Shown: positions 1 through 9,360 of the stretch, piece by piece | How the letters are laid out: each line of letters begins with the position of its first letter | How positions within the stretch are numbered: position 1 is the first letter of the stretch | Position numbers and translations under genes: made by a program | From: Candidatus Micrarchaeota archaeon | GTDB lineage: Archaea; Micrarchaeota; Micrarchaeia; Micrarchaeales; CABMGC01 | Direction of reading: 5' to 3' | Assembly (NCBI GenBank): GCA_021811535.1 | Contig: JAJZOF010000016.1 | Coordinates: 2,592-66,591 of the forward strand | Length of the DNA: 64,000 nucleotides | The notes under the pieces: generated by a model | Told to the model about the DNA's origin: nothing | The model's database searches: none | The model's input: the letters and a program-made list of their open reading frames with translations, nothing else

Positions 1-39
1 TGCGTATGCAGGTATCATCTTACGGCCGGTATATGAGGT

Positions 40-585
40 TTATAGAAGCTTGTATGATTTATACCCGAGCAGCGCGATGAATGCTGCAAATACGACTACA
101 AGGAATGCCGTGTCAAGAGGTCCTGCGCCTTTTTGGGAAGTCTTCGGCAGGGTTGGGGCAGACGGGCTGGAGGAGGCGGTTGTGTTGGTTACCGTTATCC
201 TTATCACTGCATTTGAGGCGGTTGGATCGTCTCCCGTGCCGTTGAATATGGCAGTATAGTTGCCTGGCTTTGCATCCGAAGCAGTCTTTATCGTAAGGAC
301 GCCTGAGAAAGGAGGGAAGGTGGAGAAATTCTCGCTCAGGTTTAAGGATATACCATCCGATTCGAGTGCTGCCTTGTTTACTATGTTCATGTATGTGCCC
401 CACGAGTTGCCGCTCGCTATGCTGAGATTGTACTGGAGATATGCTGTCGCATTTTTCCCCATTGAGAGCGAACTCTGGTTGAAGGTTATCTTTGATGTTC
501 CCAAACCTGGGGAGGCGTATGATTCCGAGAGCAGTATACAGAATAATGCAACTCCCAATGCGTATGTTACCTGCGCTCCCTTCAT
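40..585 (-). CDS. Secreted / membrane-anchored surface protein, function unknown
   Basis: 181-aa ORF. N-terminal hydrophobic signal-like segment (ALGVALFCILLSESYA), several N-x-S/T sequons, S/T/P-rich stalk (TTASSSPSAPTLPKTS), C-terminal TM helix (FLVVVFAAFIALLGY) and short basic tail. Confidence 0.5.
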   Translation of the reverse strand: MKGAQVTYALGVALFCILLSESYASPGLGTSKITFNQSSLSMGKNATAYLQYNLSIASGNSWGTYMNIVNKAALESDGISLNLSENFSTFPPFSGVLTIKTASDAKPGNYTAIFNGTGDDPTASNAVIRITVTNTTASSSPSAPTLPKTSQKGAGPLDTAFLVVVFAAFIALLGYKSYKLL

Positions 586-708
586 AGCTTTACCCTGATA
601 TACAATTGATTAGATATCATCCGCATTAAAAAGGTTTTTATTTGTTTACGTATATAAGAGGTATACTTGTTTTCCCGCATGGACTGCATATTGCAGGAGG
701 GAGTGTAC

Positions 709-1341
709 ATGGCATTGGATTACGAGAACTTCGCGAAGTTCATTGAAGAGAATAAAGGCAAGAGGAAATTCAAGCAGAGCGTGGAGCTTGCCATAAATTT
801 CAAGGGCATAGACTTCACAAAGCAGGACAATAGGCTTAACCTTGAGATACTGCTTCCGAATGACAAGGGCAAGACGCGCAAGGTAGCGGTATTTGCTGAC
901 GACAAAGCGCTGGTCGAGGAGGCACAGAAGGCAGGCATGGACGTAATACCCGGGAGCGAGATAGACCAGATAGCCGCAGACCAGAAGAGGCTGGGAACAC
1001 TACTTACATACGACCTGGTGGCACAGGGTAATCTTATGCCTACGATAGCAAAGAAGCTTGGGCAGTATCTTGGTTCAAGGGGCAAGATGCCAAAGCCGCT
1101 CGTAGGAAGCGTGAACCTCAGGATAGTCAACGAGGAGCTTAAGAAGAAGGTAAGCTTAAAGAGCAAGGGCAAGTTCCTGCCTACGGTCCACTGCGTGGTG
1201 GGAAGCGAGGACATGGATCCGAAGAAGGTATTCGACAACATGAAGGAGGTCATCGAGGGAGTATACGGAAAGGTAGGCCAGGGCTCAGTAAGGTCCGCTT
1301 ACGTGAAGCTGAGCATGAGCAAGCCGCTGAGGGTACTTTGA
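709..1341 (+). CDS. rpl1: 50S ribosomal protein L1
   Basis: Family-typical sequence (KRKFKQSVELAINFKGIDF...; GKMPKP). First gene of the conserved L1-L10-L12 order. ATG at 709 (MALDY) preferred over the TTG at 667 used by the ORF track. Confidence 0.9.
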   Translation: MALDYENFAKFIEENKGKRKFKQSVELAINFKGIDFTKQDNRLNLEILLPNDKGKTRKVAVFADDKALVEEAQKAGMDVIPGSEIDQIAADQKRLGTLLTYDLVAQGNLMPTIAKKLGQYLGSRGKMPKPLVGSVNLRIVNEELKKKVSLKSKGKFLPTVHCVVGSEDMDPKKVFDNMKEVIEGVYGKVGQGSVRSAYVKLSMSKPLRVL

Positions 1342-1350
1342 GGTGTGTTT

Positions 1351-2196
1351 ATGGTTATGCTAAAAGCGCAGAAGGTTGAATTCGTAAAGAAGCTCTCGGA
1401 GGATATGAAGAGACACAAGACAGTGGCAGTAGTGCCCCTTGAGATGGTTCCGGACAGGCTCATGCAGAAGGTAAGGAACGGGTTGAAGCCTGATGCCAAG
1501 TTTGTAGTTGCAAGGAAGAATCTCATACTCATGGCACTCGAAAGCGATAAGAGATTTGAGGGATTGAAGAGCCATGTGCACGGTAACGTTGCCCTTGTAT
1601 TATCCGACAAGGATGTGACGGAGGTTAATGCTTTCGTAAGCAGCAATAAGCTGCGCCTGGGTGCCAAACCCAACCAAATATCACCTGATGATATAAGGAT
1701 AGAGGCTGGCGAGACAAGCATAGCTCCGGGACAGGCGGTTACGGATCTCAAAGCTGCTGGGATAGATGTGCAGATACAGAAGGGAAAGGTAGTGATAGGG
1801 AAGAGCAAGGTGCTGGTGCACAAGGGAGATAAGATATCGCACGCCGTCTCTAAGGCACTGAAGATGCTTGAGATAATGCCTTTTGAGGCTGCTGCAGTAG
1901 TGGATGCGGCGCAGGAAGGCAATGTTACATTTGGGAAGGAAGCACTTAACTTCAACAGAAGCAAGGCGTTAGATGAGCTTGCTGTCGATTTCGTTGCCGC
2001 CAATGAGCTTAGCATAAGGATAAATTATGTTACAGCATATAACGTAAGCGGCTTCATAAGCAGGGCGTTTATCGGCGCGGTAGCCCTTGGCGTACAGAAC
2101 AACTTATACGAGAAGGAGATCATCGACAAGGTCGTCTCCAAGGCGTTCCTTCAGGCCCTCGGCCTGAAGTCAGCTGCCGATGATAAAAAGGAATAA
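1351..2196 (+). CDS. rplP0: 50S ribosomal protein L10 / acidic protein P0
   Basis: Position between L1 and L12. N-terminal KVEFVKKLSEDMKRHKTVAVV... typical of archaeal P0. GAGGTG SD 5 nt upstream of the ATG at 1351. Confidence 0.9.
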   Translation: MVMLKAQKVEFVKKLSEDMKRHKTVAVVPLEMVPDRLMQKVRNGLKPDAKFVVARKNLILMALESDKRFEGLKSHVHGNVALVLSDKDVTEVNAFVSSNKLRLGAKPNQISPDDIRIEAGETSIAPGQAVTDLKAAGIDVQIQKGKVVIGKSKVLVHKGDKISHAVSKALKMLEIMPFEAAAVVDAAQEGNVTFGKEALNFNRSKALDELAVDFVAANELSIRINYVTAYNVSGFISRAFIGAVALGVQNNLYEKEIIDKVVSKAFLQALGLKSAADDKKE

Positions 2197-2215
2197 TGCT
2201 AAATGGTGAAAGAAG

Positions 2216-2512
2216 ATGGAATATATATACGCTGCCCTCCTGTTGGATGCGGCTGGAAAAGAGATAAACGAGAAGAGCCTTACTGAAGTGGTAAAGGCGG
2301 CAGGGATGCAGCCCGATGAGGCTATGGCAAAGTCTGTTGCCAATTCCCTCAAAGGCGTCGACATAAAGGAGGTAATAAAGAACGCACAGAATGTCTCCGT
2401 AGCGCAGCCTGCGCATGCTGAAGCAAGGAAGGAAGAGAAGAAAGAGGAGAAGAAGGAAGAGAAAGTAAGCGAGGAGGCAGCTGCAGGAGGACTTGCAAGC
2501 CTGTTCGGATAA
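2216..2512 (+). CDS. rpl12: 50S ribosomal protein L12 / P1 stalk protein
   Basis: [10 protein letters not shown]... N-terminus, [11 protein letters not shown] hinge and C-terminal GLASLFG stalk motif. Confidence 0.92.
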   Translation: MEYIYAALLLDAAGKEINEKSLTEVVKAAGMQPDEAMAKSVANSLKGVDIKEVIKNAQNVSVAQPAHAEARKEEKKEEKKEEKVSEEAAAGGLASLFG

Positions 2513-2520
2513 TACCTGAT

Positions 2521-3924
2521 ATGATTGAGGATACAGGGATAGCGGAGCGTGCACTTAGGTTGGCGTTATCCTTACCGCATGTCTCTTATGCGGAAGCTTA
2601 TCTCGAGAGGTTGCGCTCCGTATCCGCTGCAGTTGAACAGGGAGAGGCGAACGGAGCCGGAGCATCGGAGCGCTTCGGCCTTAGGATAAGGGTCATAAGG
2701 CGCGGCAGGCTGTATACCATCTCTACTGACAAGGAGGATATTAGGGCATTGGATTCCTGCCTCAGAAGAATGGGGGAGTTTGGAGGCAAGGCCGCGGTGA
2801 CCTCGCTCTCTGATGAGAGAAAGGAGAATGCATCTTATTCTGTAAAGGAAGCCATACCTATCGAGGATGGCAATCCTCTAAATGAACTAGACAAGGCAGA
2901 GAAGCGGGCAGCCTCGCTTGGATTTGTGAAATACAGGAGTTTCTATGCTTCATTAGGCAGGTCAGAATCGTATTACCTGAATGCTGAGGGAACTGAGATA
3001 TATGCGGATGTGCCTTCGTTCAGTTTCTTCGGGAGCATAATAGCAAGTGTGAATGGCGAGAGCAGGCAGCGCTTCCTGCAGCTGGGCGGAGTAGGCGGAT
3101 ATGAAGGTTTCGAGAAGCTCCTTATAGATGATGCTGTTGTGGAAGAGGCCGGGAGGCTCAGGAACGTGATGGAGAAGGGAGTAAGCTTGCCTCAGGATAA
3201 GCTTAAGAGAATAAGGAATGTGGTAGCCTCCCCGGAGATTGTCGGAATAGCCGTGCACGAGAGCATCGGCCATGCGAATGAAGCGGATAGGATAATGGGC
3301 AGGGAGGCAGCACAGGCAGGCATGAGCTATCTGGAAGTTGAGGACGCGGGAAAGAGGATAGCTTCCGAAGCGGTAACGATAATAGACGACCCGACGATAA
3401 AGAACGCTTATGGGTACTACTTATATGATGACGAAGGAGTGAAGGCTTACGGAAAGAAGATAGTCGAACGCGGATTCCAGAAGGAATTCCTTACCAACAG
3501 GGAATATGCAGCTGAGCTCGGAAAGAAAAGCAACGCCTCCTCGAGGAGCGATGACTACTCAAATGAACCGATAATAAGAATGTCGAATACCTACCTTAAG
3601 CCTGGCAGGTACGGACCCGATGAGCTGATGGAGGAGGCGCGTACCGGAGTATATATACGCAGCTTCATGGAGTGGAACATAGACGATACACGCAGCTTTG
3701 CCAGATATCAGGGAAACGAGGCATATCTCATAGAGAAAGGAGAGGTATCCAAACCTGTCAAGAATTACGTACTGGAAGCCGGCACCGCGGAGCTTTGGAA
3801 CGCCGTGACCATGGTGGGAAGTGATTTCGGATTGTACGTAGGCAGCTGCGGAAAGGGGGAGCCGATGCAGGGGGTCCCGGTAACAATGGGCGGAGGCTCT
3901 GCACTCCTTGCCTTTGGAAGATGA
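2521..3924 (+). CDS. tldD: TldD-family metalloprotease
   Basis: 467 aa. HESIGHANEADR (HExxxH-type site typical of TldD) and C-terminal GxC...GG(G) region. Paired with a PmbA-like gene downstream. Confidence 0.8.
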   Translation: MIEDTGIAERALRLALSLPHVSYAEAYLERLRSVSAAVEQGEANGAGASERFGLRIRVIRRGRLYTISTDKEDIRALDSCLRRMGEFGGKAAVTSLSDERKENASYSVKEAIPIEDGNPLNELDKAEKRAASLGFVKYRSFYASLGRSESYYLNAEGTEIYADVPSFSFFGSIIASVNGESRQRFLQLGGVGGYEGFEKLLIDDAVVEEAGRLRNVMEKGVSLPQDKLKRIRNVVASPEIVGIAVHESIGHANEADRIMGREAAQAGMSYLEVEDAGKRIASEAVTIIDDPTIKNAYGYYLYDDEGVKAYGKKIVERGFQKEFLTNREYAAELGKKSNASSRSDDYSNEPIIRMSNTYLKPGRYGPDELMEEARTGVYIRSFMEWNIDDTRSFARYQGNEAYLIEKGEVSKPVKNYVLEAGTAELWNAVTMVGSDFGLYVGSCGKGEPMQGVPVTMGGGSALLAFGR

Positions 3925-3928
3925 TCAT

Positions 3929-5278
3929 ATGGCAACGCTTGTCGAGAAAGCCGTAAGGATTGCAATGAAGGCGGATTTTGACGACGCAGTGGCTATTGTA
4001 AAGGACGAGAAGGAGGATTACCTGAAGGTGGCAAATTCCAAGGCAGACTCGCTTGTGGAGGAGCATGACAGGATAATCACTGTGTTCCTTGCGAAGGATA
4101 AGAGGCTGCTCTTTGTCAGCCTGGAGAACCCCAAGGAGTCTGTGCTTGAGAAAAGGATAAAAAAGGCAGCTGCCGAGATTGCGGCCATACGCCCTAAAAA
4201 TGATTACAATGGGATAGCACAGGGCAGGAAGCATTATAGCGCGGATAGAAGCTCATATAAGGAATTTTCAAACATCGATGCCGGTTTTCTCTCTGATATG
4301 GCAAACGGGATGATAAATGGAGCGGAGGATGGAGGGGCTGCATCTGTTGCAGGCACGCTTTACCTCAACTCATATGCTACAGAATTCTGCACGAGCGGAG
4401 GATATTCTGGTGGGAGCTTCTCGGCGCATATGCGGGTCTCGATAAGATGCTTCGGGAAGATCTCCTCTTTTCAGGATTTTGCGGTGCTGAAGAGAGCCGG
4501 AGATCTCGACGCATATGAGTTCGGAAAAAGGGCTGCGGAGATGTCCAATATGGTCAAGAAGAAGGGAAAGACAGATGCAGGCAGATATGACATTATATAC
4601 ATGCCTTCCCCCGCGGGCTCTCTCCTATCCAACATAAACTCCATGGCATGCATGGGCAATATAGAGACGGGAAGCCCGTTAAGCGGCAAGCTTAACAAGG
4701 CTGTAGGGAACGGCGGCCTTACAATACTTGATTCGGGGAATTTCGCAGGGTCCGTAGATTATAGGACTTATGATGATGAAGGTATGAAAACTTCTACAAC
4801 TGAGGTGATCAGGGACGGGATTCTCAGGAATTATCTGCATAACTTTTCCACTGCGAAGAAGTACAGGACCAGGAGCACAGGCAATGCAGGCCTGGTTGAA
4901 CCTGAGCCGGGAACGCCTATAATAAGGCACAGGAATTCTGCAAAGAACCTTGATGCGCTTATAGGAGAAGTCAAAAAAGGGATCCTCATAACGAATACTT
5001 GGTATACAAGATTCAGCAACTACCTCACAGGTGATTTCTCGACAGTGCCAAGGGACCTCTCGGTTATGATACGGAACGGGGAGCCGGAATTTGCCATAAG
5101 GCACGGTGGGGCGTCCTCCATGGTAGGTATAAGGATAAGCGAGAATATGCTTAGAATGGCGAAGTCTGCATCCCTCGCAGGCGGGAAGCCGGTCCAGACG
5201 ACTTCCTGGGATTCGGAAGGTGATTACTGCTTCTGCCCGCCAATGCTTGTAGAGGGAGTATCGGTAACGACTCTGTAG
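3929..5278 (+). CDS. pmbA: PmbA/TldE-family protein (TldD partner)
   Basis: About 450 aa paralog-like sequence lacking the HExxxH site. ATG at 3929 lies 4 nt after the tldD stop. Classic TldD/PmbA pairing. Confidence 0.75.
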   Translation: MATLVEKAVRIAMKADFDDAVAIVKDEKEDYLKVANSKADSLVEEHDRIITVFLAKDKRLLFVSLENPKESVLEKRIKKAAAEIAAIRPKNDYNGIAQGRKHYSADRSSYKEFSNIDAGFLSDMANGMINGAEDGGAASVAGTLYLNSYATEFCTSGGYSGGSFSAHMRVSIRCFGKISSFQDFAVLKRAGDLDAYEFGKRAAEMSNMVKKKGKTDAGRYDIIYMPSPAGSLLSNINSMACMGNIETGSPLSGKLNKAVGNGGLTILDSGNFAGSVDYRTYDDEGMKTSTTEVIRDGILRNYLHNFSTAKKYRTRSTGNAGLVEPEPGTPIIRHRNSAKNLDALIGEVKKGILITNTWYTRFSNYLTGDFSTVPRDLSVMIRNGEPEFAIRHGGASSMVGIRISENMLRMAKSASLAGGKPVQTTSWDSEGDYCFCPPMLVEGVSVTTL

Positions 5279-5374
5279 GACACACGCATTTTGCAGATGG
5301 GAAATTTATATAGACGAACTTTAGGCAATATTTTATAAACATTAAGATGAAAAGAAGCTTTATTGGTGAAATTA

Positions 5375-5731
5375 ATGCAGGTATATGTAGAAAAGCCAAA
5401 ATGTACAGGATGCGCGCATTGCTTTGATGTTTGCCCGGTAGCAGTATTTCAGATGAAAGACAGGACGTCCCCTGACGCCAACGCCGATGTTGCACCTGAT
5501 AATGACAAATGGACAGGGAAGAGCGAGGATTCGGTTGTGGCGAAATGGTCAAGCGTGCAGGACGGGCATAATCACTTCCACGAGAAATTCGAGGGAGGAA
5601 GCGGGGGCATATCAGTGGCTACGCAGGGGCCTTCATGCATACTCTGCCAGGCATGCCTTGTCGAGTGCGAAGGAGAGTGCATAGTTATAACTGATGACAC
5701 CAACAACGTATATCATTCGATATACAAGTAG
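5375..5731 (+). CDS. 4Fe-4S ferredoxin-domain protein with long inter-cluster insert
   Basis: CTGCAHCFDVCP and CILCQACLVEC cluster motifs separated by about 65 aa. ATG at 5375 is in frame with the TTG at 5363. Confidence 0.65.
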   Translation: MQVYVEKPKCTGCAHCFDVCPVAVFQMKDRTSPDANADVAPDNDKWTGKSEDSVVAKWSSVQDGHNHFHEKFEGGSGGISVATQGPSCILCQACLVECEGECIVITDDTNNVYHSIYK

Positions 5732-5768
5732 TTAGCAGCAGCCTTCAAATCCTGCTGCTGGTTTTTCT

Positions 5769-6116
5769 TTATCTTTTCTTTAGCTCTGCTACTCCGCCTT
5801 TTAAGCTGTATGCACCTACGCCGAACCGCTTTATTGCCCTTACCAGTTTAAGCGAGGTGTTTCCATGCGGGCATATTATTACCGAATTGGAGTATTTTGA
5901 TGCCTTTGCCTTGAGCTCTTCCTCCTCGCCGAACTCCATTACAAGCGGATATAGGTCGTCCATCTCAAGCATTGCGACTTCGCTCTCGCTTATTCCCAGG
6001 AGCTCGGCAACGAGCTCGAGGTCTGCATAGTTCTCTGCAAGTATAAATGCCTTCCTTGAGACCTTTGCCAACTCCTTGGCCTGTTCCAGTGAGACTTCTT
6101 CGTTATATTCCATCAA
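5769..6116 (-). CDS. Small rhodanese-like domain protein (tentative)
   Basis: The C-terminal part (NSVIICPHGNTSLKLVRAIKRFGVGAYSLKGGVAEL) resembles the rhodanese active-site loop followed by the GG..W-type end. The N-terminal half is not typical. Confidence 0.4.
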   Translation of the reverse strand: MMEYNEEVSLEQAKELAKVSRKAFILAENYADLELVAELLGISESEVAMLEMDDLYPLVMEFGEEEELKAKASKYSNSVIICPHGNTSLKLVRAIKRFGVGAYSLKGGVAELKKR

Positions 6117-6233
6117 ATTACCATATAAGTATAATTATGCATTTTTATATGTCATGTCGGCTTGCCGGCGTATTAGGGCAGGCGTTTTTGGCTGCTATTA
6201 TGCTTGACTGCGATGTTCATAGATTTGGTGATC

Positions 6234-7001
6234 TTACTTTGAACCCTTCTTAGCTACCTTATCTTTGTACATCCGTTCATCGGCAAGGGACTTTAGTTCT
6301 TTTGAAGCCTTTGCGACCAGCGTACTTGAGCGAATTGAACCGTACTGGACGACTTCTGATAGATTGGCAGCGCCGAGCGCAACTGAGACCCCTGCGTTCT
6401 CACATAGTGAGTTTATCCTTCTGACTATTGCATCCTTGTAGGATTTACCGGCACCGGGCATCATTATTATGAATTCGTCGCCGCCCATCCTGGCAGAGAC
6501 TACGTCGTATTCCCTGAGAGATGCCCTTACATTATCTGCTGCTCTCTTTATTGCGTTCGCTGCGTCAGTTATTAACTTGTCTCCTGCCTCGTGACCCATG
6601 CTGTCGTTTGCCGCTTTAAGACCGTTAAGGTCTGCAAATATGAGCAGGATGTCCTTCTTCTCCCTTATAGCCCTGTTTACCTCCTCCGCAAATCTCTCTT
6701 CGAAATATAATCTGCTGTGAAGACCAGTCATGCTGTCATAATTTACTTTCTTTTCTAGAGAAGCTATCTTCGCATCTTTCTCTGCTACTGATCGCAGAGC
6801 CTCTTTGAGTGCGGTATCGAGCTCCTCAACTCTCTGATAAAGCTTTGATGTCTCGCCTTTAGATCTTACTCCATCGCCGTTCACACCCCTCTGAAGCTGC
6901 ATAATATGCCGTATCCTAGATACGAGTCTATTATTATGTTCCTGATTCGCATCCGACTGCCGGCGCTGAGGGTTTATATTTTTAGGCTCTTTGGATTCCA
7001 A
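6234..7001 (-). CDS. GGDEF-domain protein (putative diguanylate cyclase) with N-terminal coiled coil
   Basis: DSMTGLHSRLYF, ADLNGLKAANDSMGHEAGD, RMGGDEFIIMMPG and LADERMYKDK match the GGDEF domain order, with an intact GGDEF A-site. Confidence 0.85.
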   Translation of the reverse strand: MESKEPKNINPQRRQSDANQEHNNRLVSRIRHIMQLQRGVNGDGVRSKGETSKLYQRVEELDTALKEALRSVAEKDAKIASLEKKVNYDSMTGLHSRLYFEERFAEEVNRAIREKKDILLIFADLNGLKAANDSMGHEAGDKLITDAANAIKRAADNVRASLREYDVVSARMGGDEFIIMMPGAGKSYKDAIVRRINSLCENAGVSVALGAANLSEVVQYGSIRSSTLVAKASKELKSLADERMYKDKVAKKGSK

Positions 7002-7144
7002 GAATGCACCAGTTTACCAGTTCCTGAACTTAACAGTATAATTATGGTTTTTGTGATATTTAAAGCTTGCAGTAGCCGACATGCATGGGAAATTCGATTA
7101 TATAGTGGGGTAGTCTGCAGAGGCGCATCAGGATGGCAGTATGC

Positions 7145-9337
7145 TTAATCCATGAACTGCTGAGGAGCGGGAGGCTCAGGAGGCTGCCCCTTTCTCGTCC
7201 TTATCTCCCTTACTACCTTATCCTGGAGTTCCTTTGGAAGTTTCTCGTATCCGGCATATTCAGGGTACCATATGGCCTTGCCGCTGGTTATTCCCCTCAA
7301 TTCGTTTGAGAAGCCTTTTATCACTTCTGAAACCGGCATCTTGGCAGTCAGGGTTATCTGCTCGTTCTCCTGCTCTATCTCGAGTATCTGACCCCTCTTG
7401 CCCTGCAGGAATGTTATTATCTCGGACATGTAATCCTGCGGCGCGTTTATCGTGAACTTCTGCTTCGGCTCCATAAGCACCACTCCGGCCATAAGCATGC
7501 CGGCGTATATCGGCCTCCGCATTGCTGGTATTATCTGCGCAGGACCGCGGTGCACAGGATCCTCGTGTATTGTCGCATCTGTTATCGATACCTTTATGCC
7601 TGAGCATTTCTCCCTTGCAAGAGGCCCGTCTTTCATTGCGTCCTCAAAGCCCTGGACAAGAAGCTCCATGACTTCGTTCAGGTACTGAACTCCGTGGGTG
7701 GCGTCTATAAGTATGCTCCTGTTTGCTATATACTCTATGCCTCTTGCCTCTTCTCTGGACATGCCTGCTTCGAGGAGTTTGTCCAGATACTGCTTCTCCT
7801 TAGGCTTGCCCTCCTTTATGTCGCCATTCTCTATAAGCGTGATGACCGCAGGTTCAAGCGGTGCTACGTTTATGTAGAACCTTGAGTGCCTGTTTGGCGT
7901 CTTTCCCTCTACATCCTTGACTTCTTTCTCGATCGTCTCCCTGTAAACGACTATCGGTTCGCTGGTAGTTATTGGTATCTTGTATTCGTCTCTTATCTTC
8001 GTCTCTATGACTTCCAGATGGAGCTCTCCCATCCCGCTCACAAGATGCTCTCCAGTCTCCTTGTTTAGCTCTACGGTTATGGTCTGGTCCCCCTTTGAGA
8101 GCTCCCTGAGCGCTTCTATCAGCCTTGTCATATCCCTTGTATCCTTTGCCTCGATGGCCTTTGTGACTACAGGCTGGGAGTAATGCTTTATCTGGTCAAA
8201 CGGTTCTATCCCTATGGCACTGCATGTGTCACCTATCGAGACGTCTTTTAATCCTATTAGTCCTGCGATGTTTCCAGCAGGTATCTGGTCTACTATGACC
8301 CTGTCCGGGCCCATGTAGATGCTCACCTGTTGCACCTTTTGTATATCAGGCCTGCCGCTTACGTACAATTCCGTGCCTTTCCTTACCGTACCTGAGAATA
8401 CCCTTCCTATCGCTACCTCGCCGCTGTGCTGGTCGTACATTACCCCGAAGACCACTATGTTCGGATTGGCGTTTGGATCTGCGTTTATCATTGCGCTTCC
8501 ATCTGGGCTTTCCTTATCGCCATGCCAGAGAGTAGCTATCCTGTATCCCTGTGCAATCTTTGGATTGGGAAGATGCTCTATTATCATTGAGAGGGTTGCC
8601 TCGTCGATTGGAGCTACTTCCTGCAACTTCTGCTCGTTGTTCTCTGCGGTGAGCTGGAATATATCCTTGAACGTAACTTTATATTTGTCCATTATGACCT
8701 TCGATATTGCCCATTTCTTGTATGCAGATCCGAAGCATACGCTCCCGTTCTCCACTGAAACCAGCCACTTGCCTTTGAACTCCTCAGGGCAGTAGCTGTT
8801 TATCATCTTGTTTATATCGTTTATAAGCTTGAGCAGCCTCTCGAATGTCTGCTCAGGGGTAAGCTTGAGCTCGTTGAGCAGCCTGTCCACCTTGTTTACG
8901 AAAAGCACGGGCTTTGCCTTCTCCTTGAGCGCCTGCCTAAGCACGGTCTCTGTCTGCGGCATTACGCCCTCCACCGGATCCACAACAAGCACCACTCCGT
9001 CGACTGCCCTCATGGATCTTGTAACGTGTCCCCCGAAGTCGACGTGCCCTGGCGTATCGATCAGGTTTATTATGTAGTCCTGGTCCTTATATGGAAAGGC
9101 CAGAGATATGTTTGCAGATTTTATTGTCATTCTCCTGTCTTTTTCTATTGCCTCGTAGTTGGTATATAGCGCGTCGCCAGCCACTGACTTTGATATTATG
9201 CCCGCTCTTGCAAGCAGCGAGTCTGTAAGCGTTGTCTTTCCGTGGTGTACATGGGCTATTATGGCAACGTTCCTCACGTTGTTGATATTGCCCATTATCT
9301 TCGCGACTTCCTCTGCTACATATTCTTTTCGTACCAT
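7145..9337 (-). CDS. fusA: Translation elongation factor aEF-2
   Basis: 730 aa. G1 AHVHHGKTTL, DTPGHVDF, NKVDR, and the diphthamide-site context VHRGPAQ. Confidence 0.97.
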   Translation of the reverse strand: MVRKEYVAEEVAKIMGNINNVRNVAIIAHVHHGKTTLTDSLLARAGIISKSVAGDALYTNYEAIEKDRRMTIKSANISLAFPYKDQDYIINLIDTPGHVDFGGHVTRSMRAVDGVVLVVDPVEGVMPQTETVLRQALKEKAKPVLFVNKVDRLLNELKLTPEQTFERLLKLINDINKMINSYCPEEFKGKWLVSVENGSVCFGSAYKKWAISKVIMDKYKVTFKDIFQLTAENNEQKLQEVAPIDEATLSMIIEHLPNPKIAQGYRIATLWHGDKESPDGSAMINADPNANPNIVVFGVMYDQHSGEVAIGRVFSGTVRKGTELYVSGRPDIQKVQQVSIYMGPDRVIVDQIPAGNIAGLIGLKDVSIGDTCSAIGIEPFDQIKHYSQPVVTKAIEAKDTRDMTRLIEALRELSKGDQTITVELNKETGEHLVSGMGELHLEVIETKIRDEYKIPITTSEPIVVYRETIEKEVKDVEGKTPNRHSRFYINVAPLEPAVITLIENGDIKEGKPKEKQYLDKLLEAGMSREEARGIEYIANRSILIDATHGVQYLNEVMELLVQGFEDAMKDGPLAREKCSGIKVSITDATIHEDPVHRGPAQIIPAMRRPIYAGMLMAGVVLMEPKQKFTINAPQDYMSEIITFLQGKRGQILEIEQENEQITLTAKMPVSEVIKGFSNELRGITSGKAIWYPEYAGYEKLPKELQDKVVREIRTRKGQPPEPPAPQQFMD

Positions 9338-9360
9338 CAGAATACCCGTTTGATCCCTGA

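Noticed and set aside
1299-2015. 238-aa ORF antisense to the L10/P0 gene.
   Set aside because: Shadow ORF opposite a highly conserved ribosomal gene, with an S/L/T-rich low-complexity translation. The same applies to 720-1253, 8319-8795, 19690-20262, 25714-26397, 26638-27507, 33172-33645, 51095-51613 and similar entries in the ORF track.
6234-7001. Possible RxxD allosteric I-site (REYD) in the GGDEF protein.
   Set aside because: REYD is 6 residues upstream of GGDEF rather than the canonical 5, so in the standard register (D-x3-R-x-GGDEF) the Asp position holds Val. It cannot be called an I-site without an alignment.
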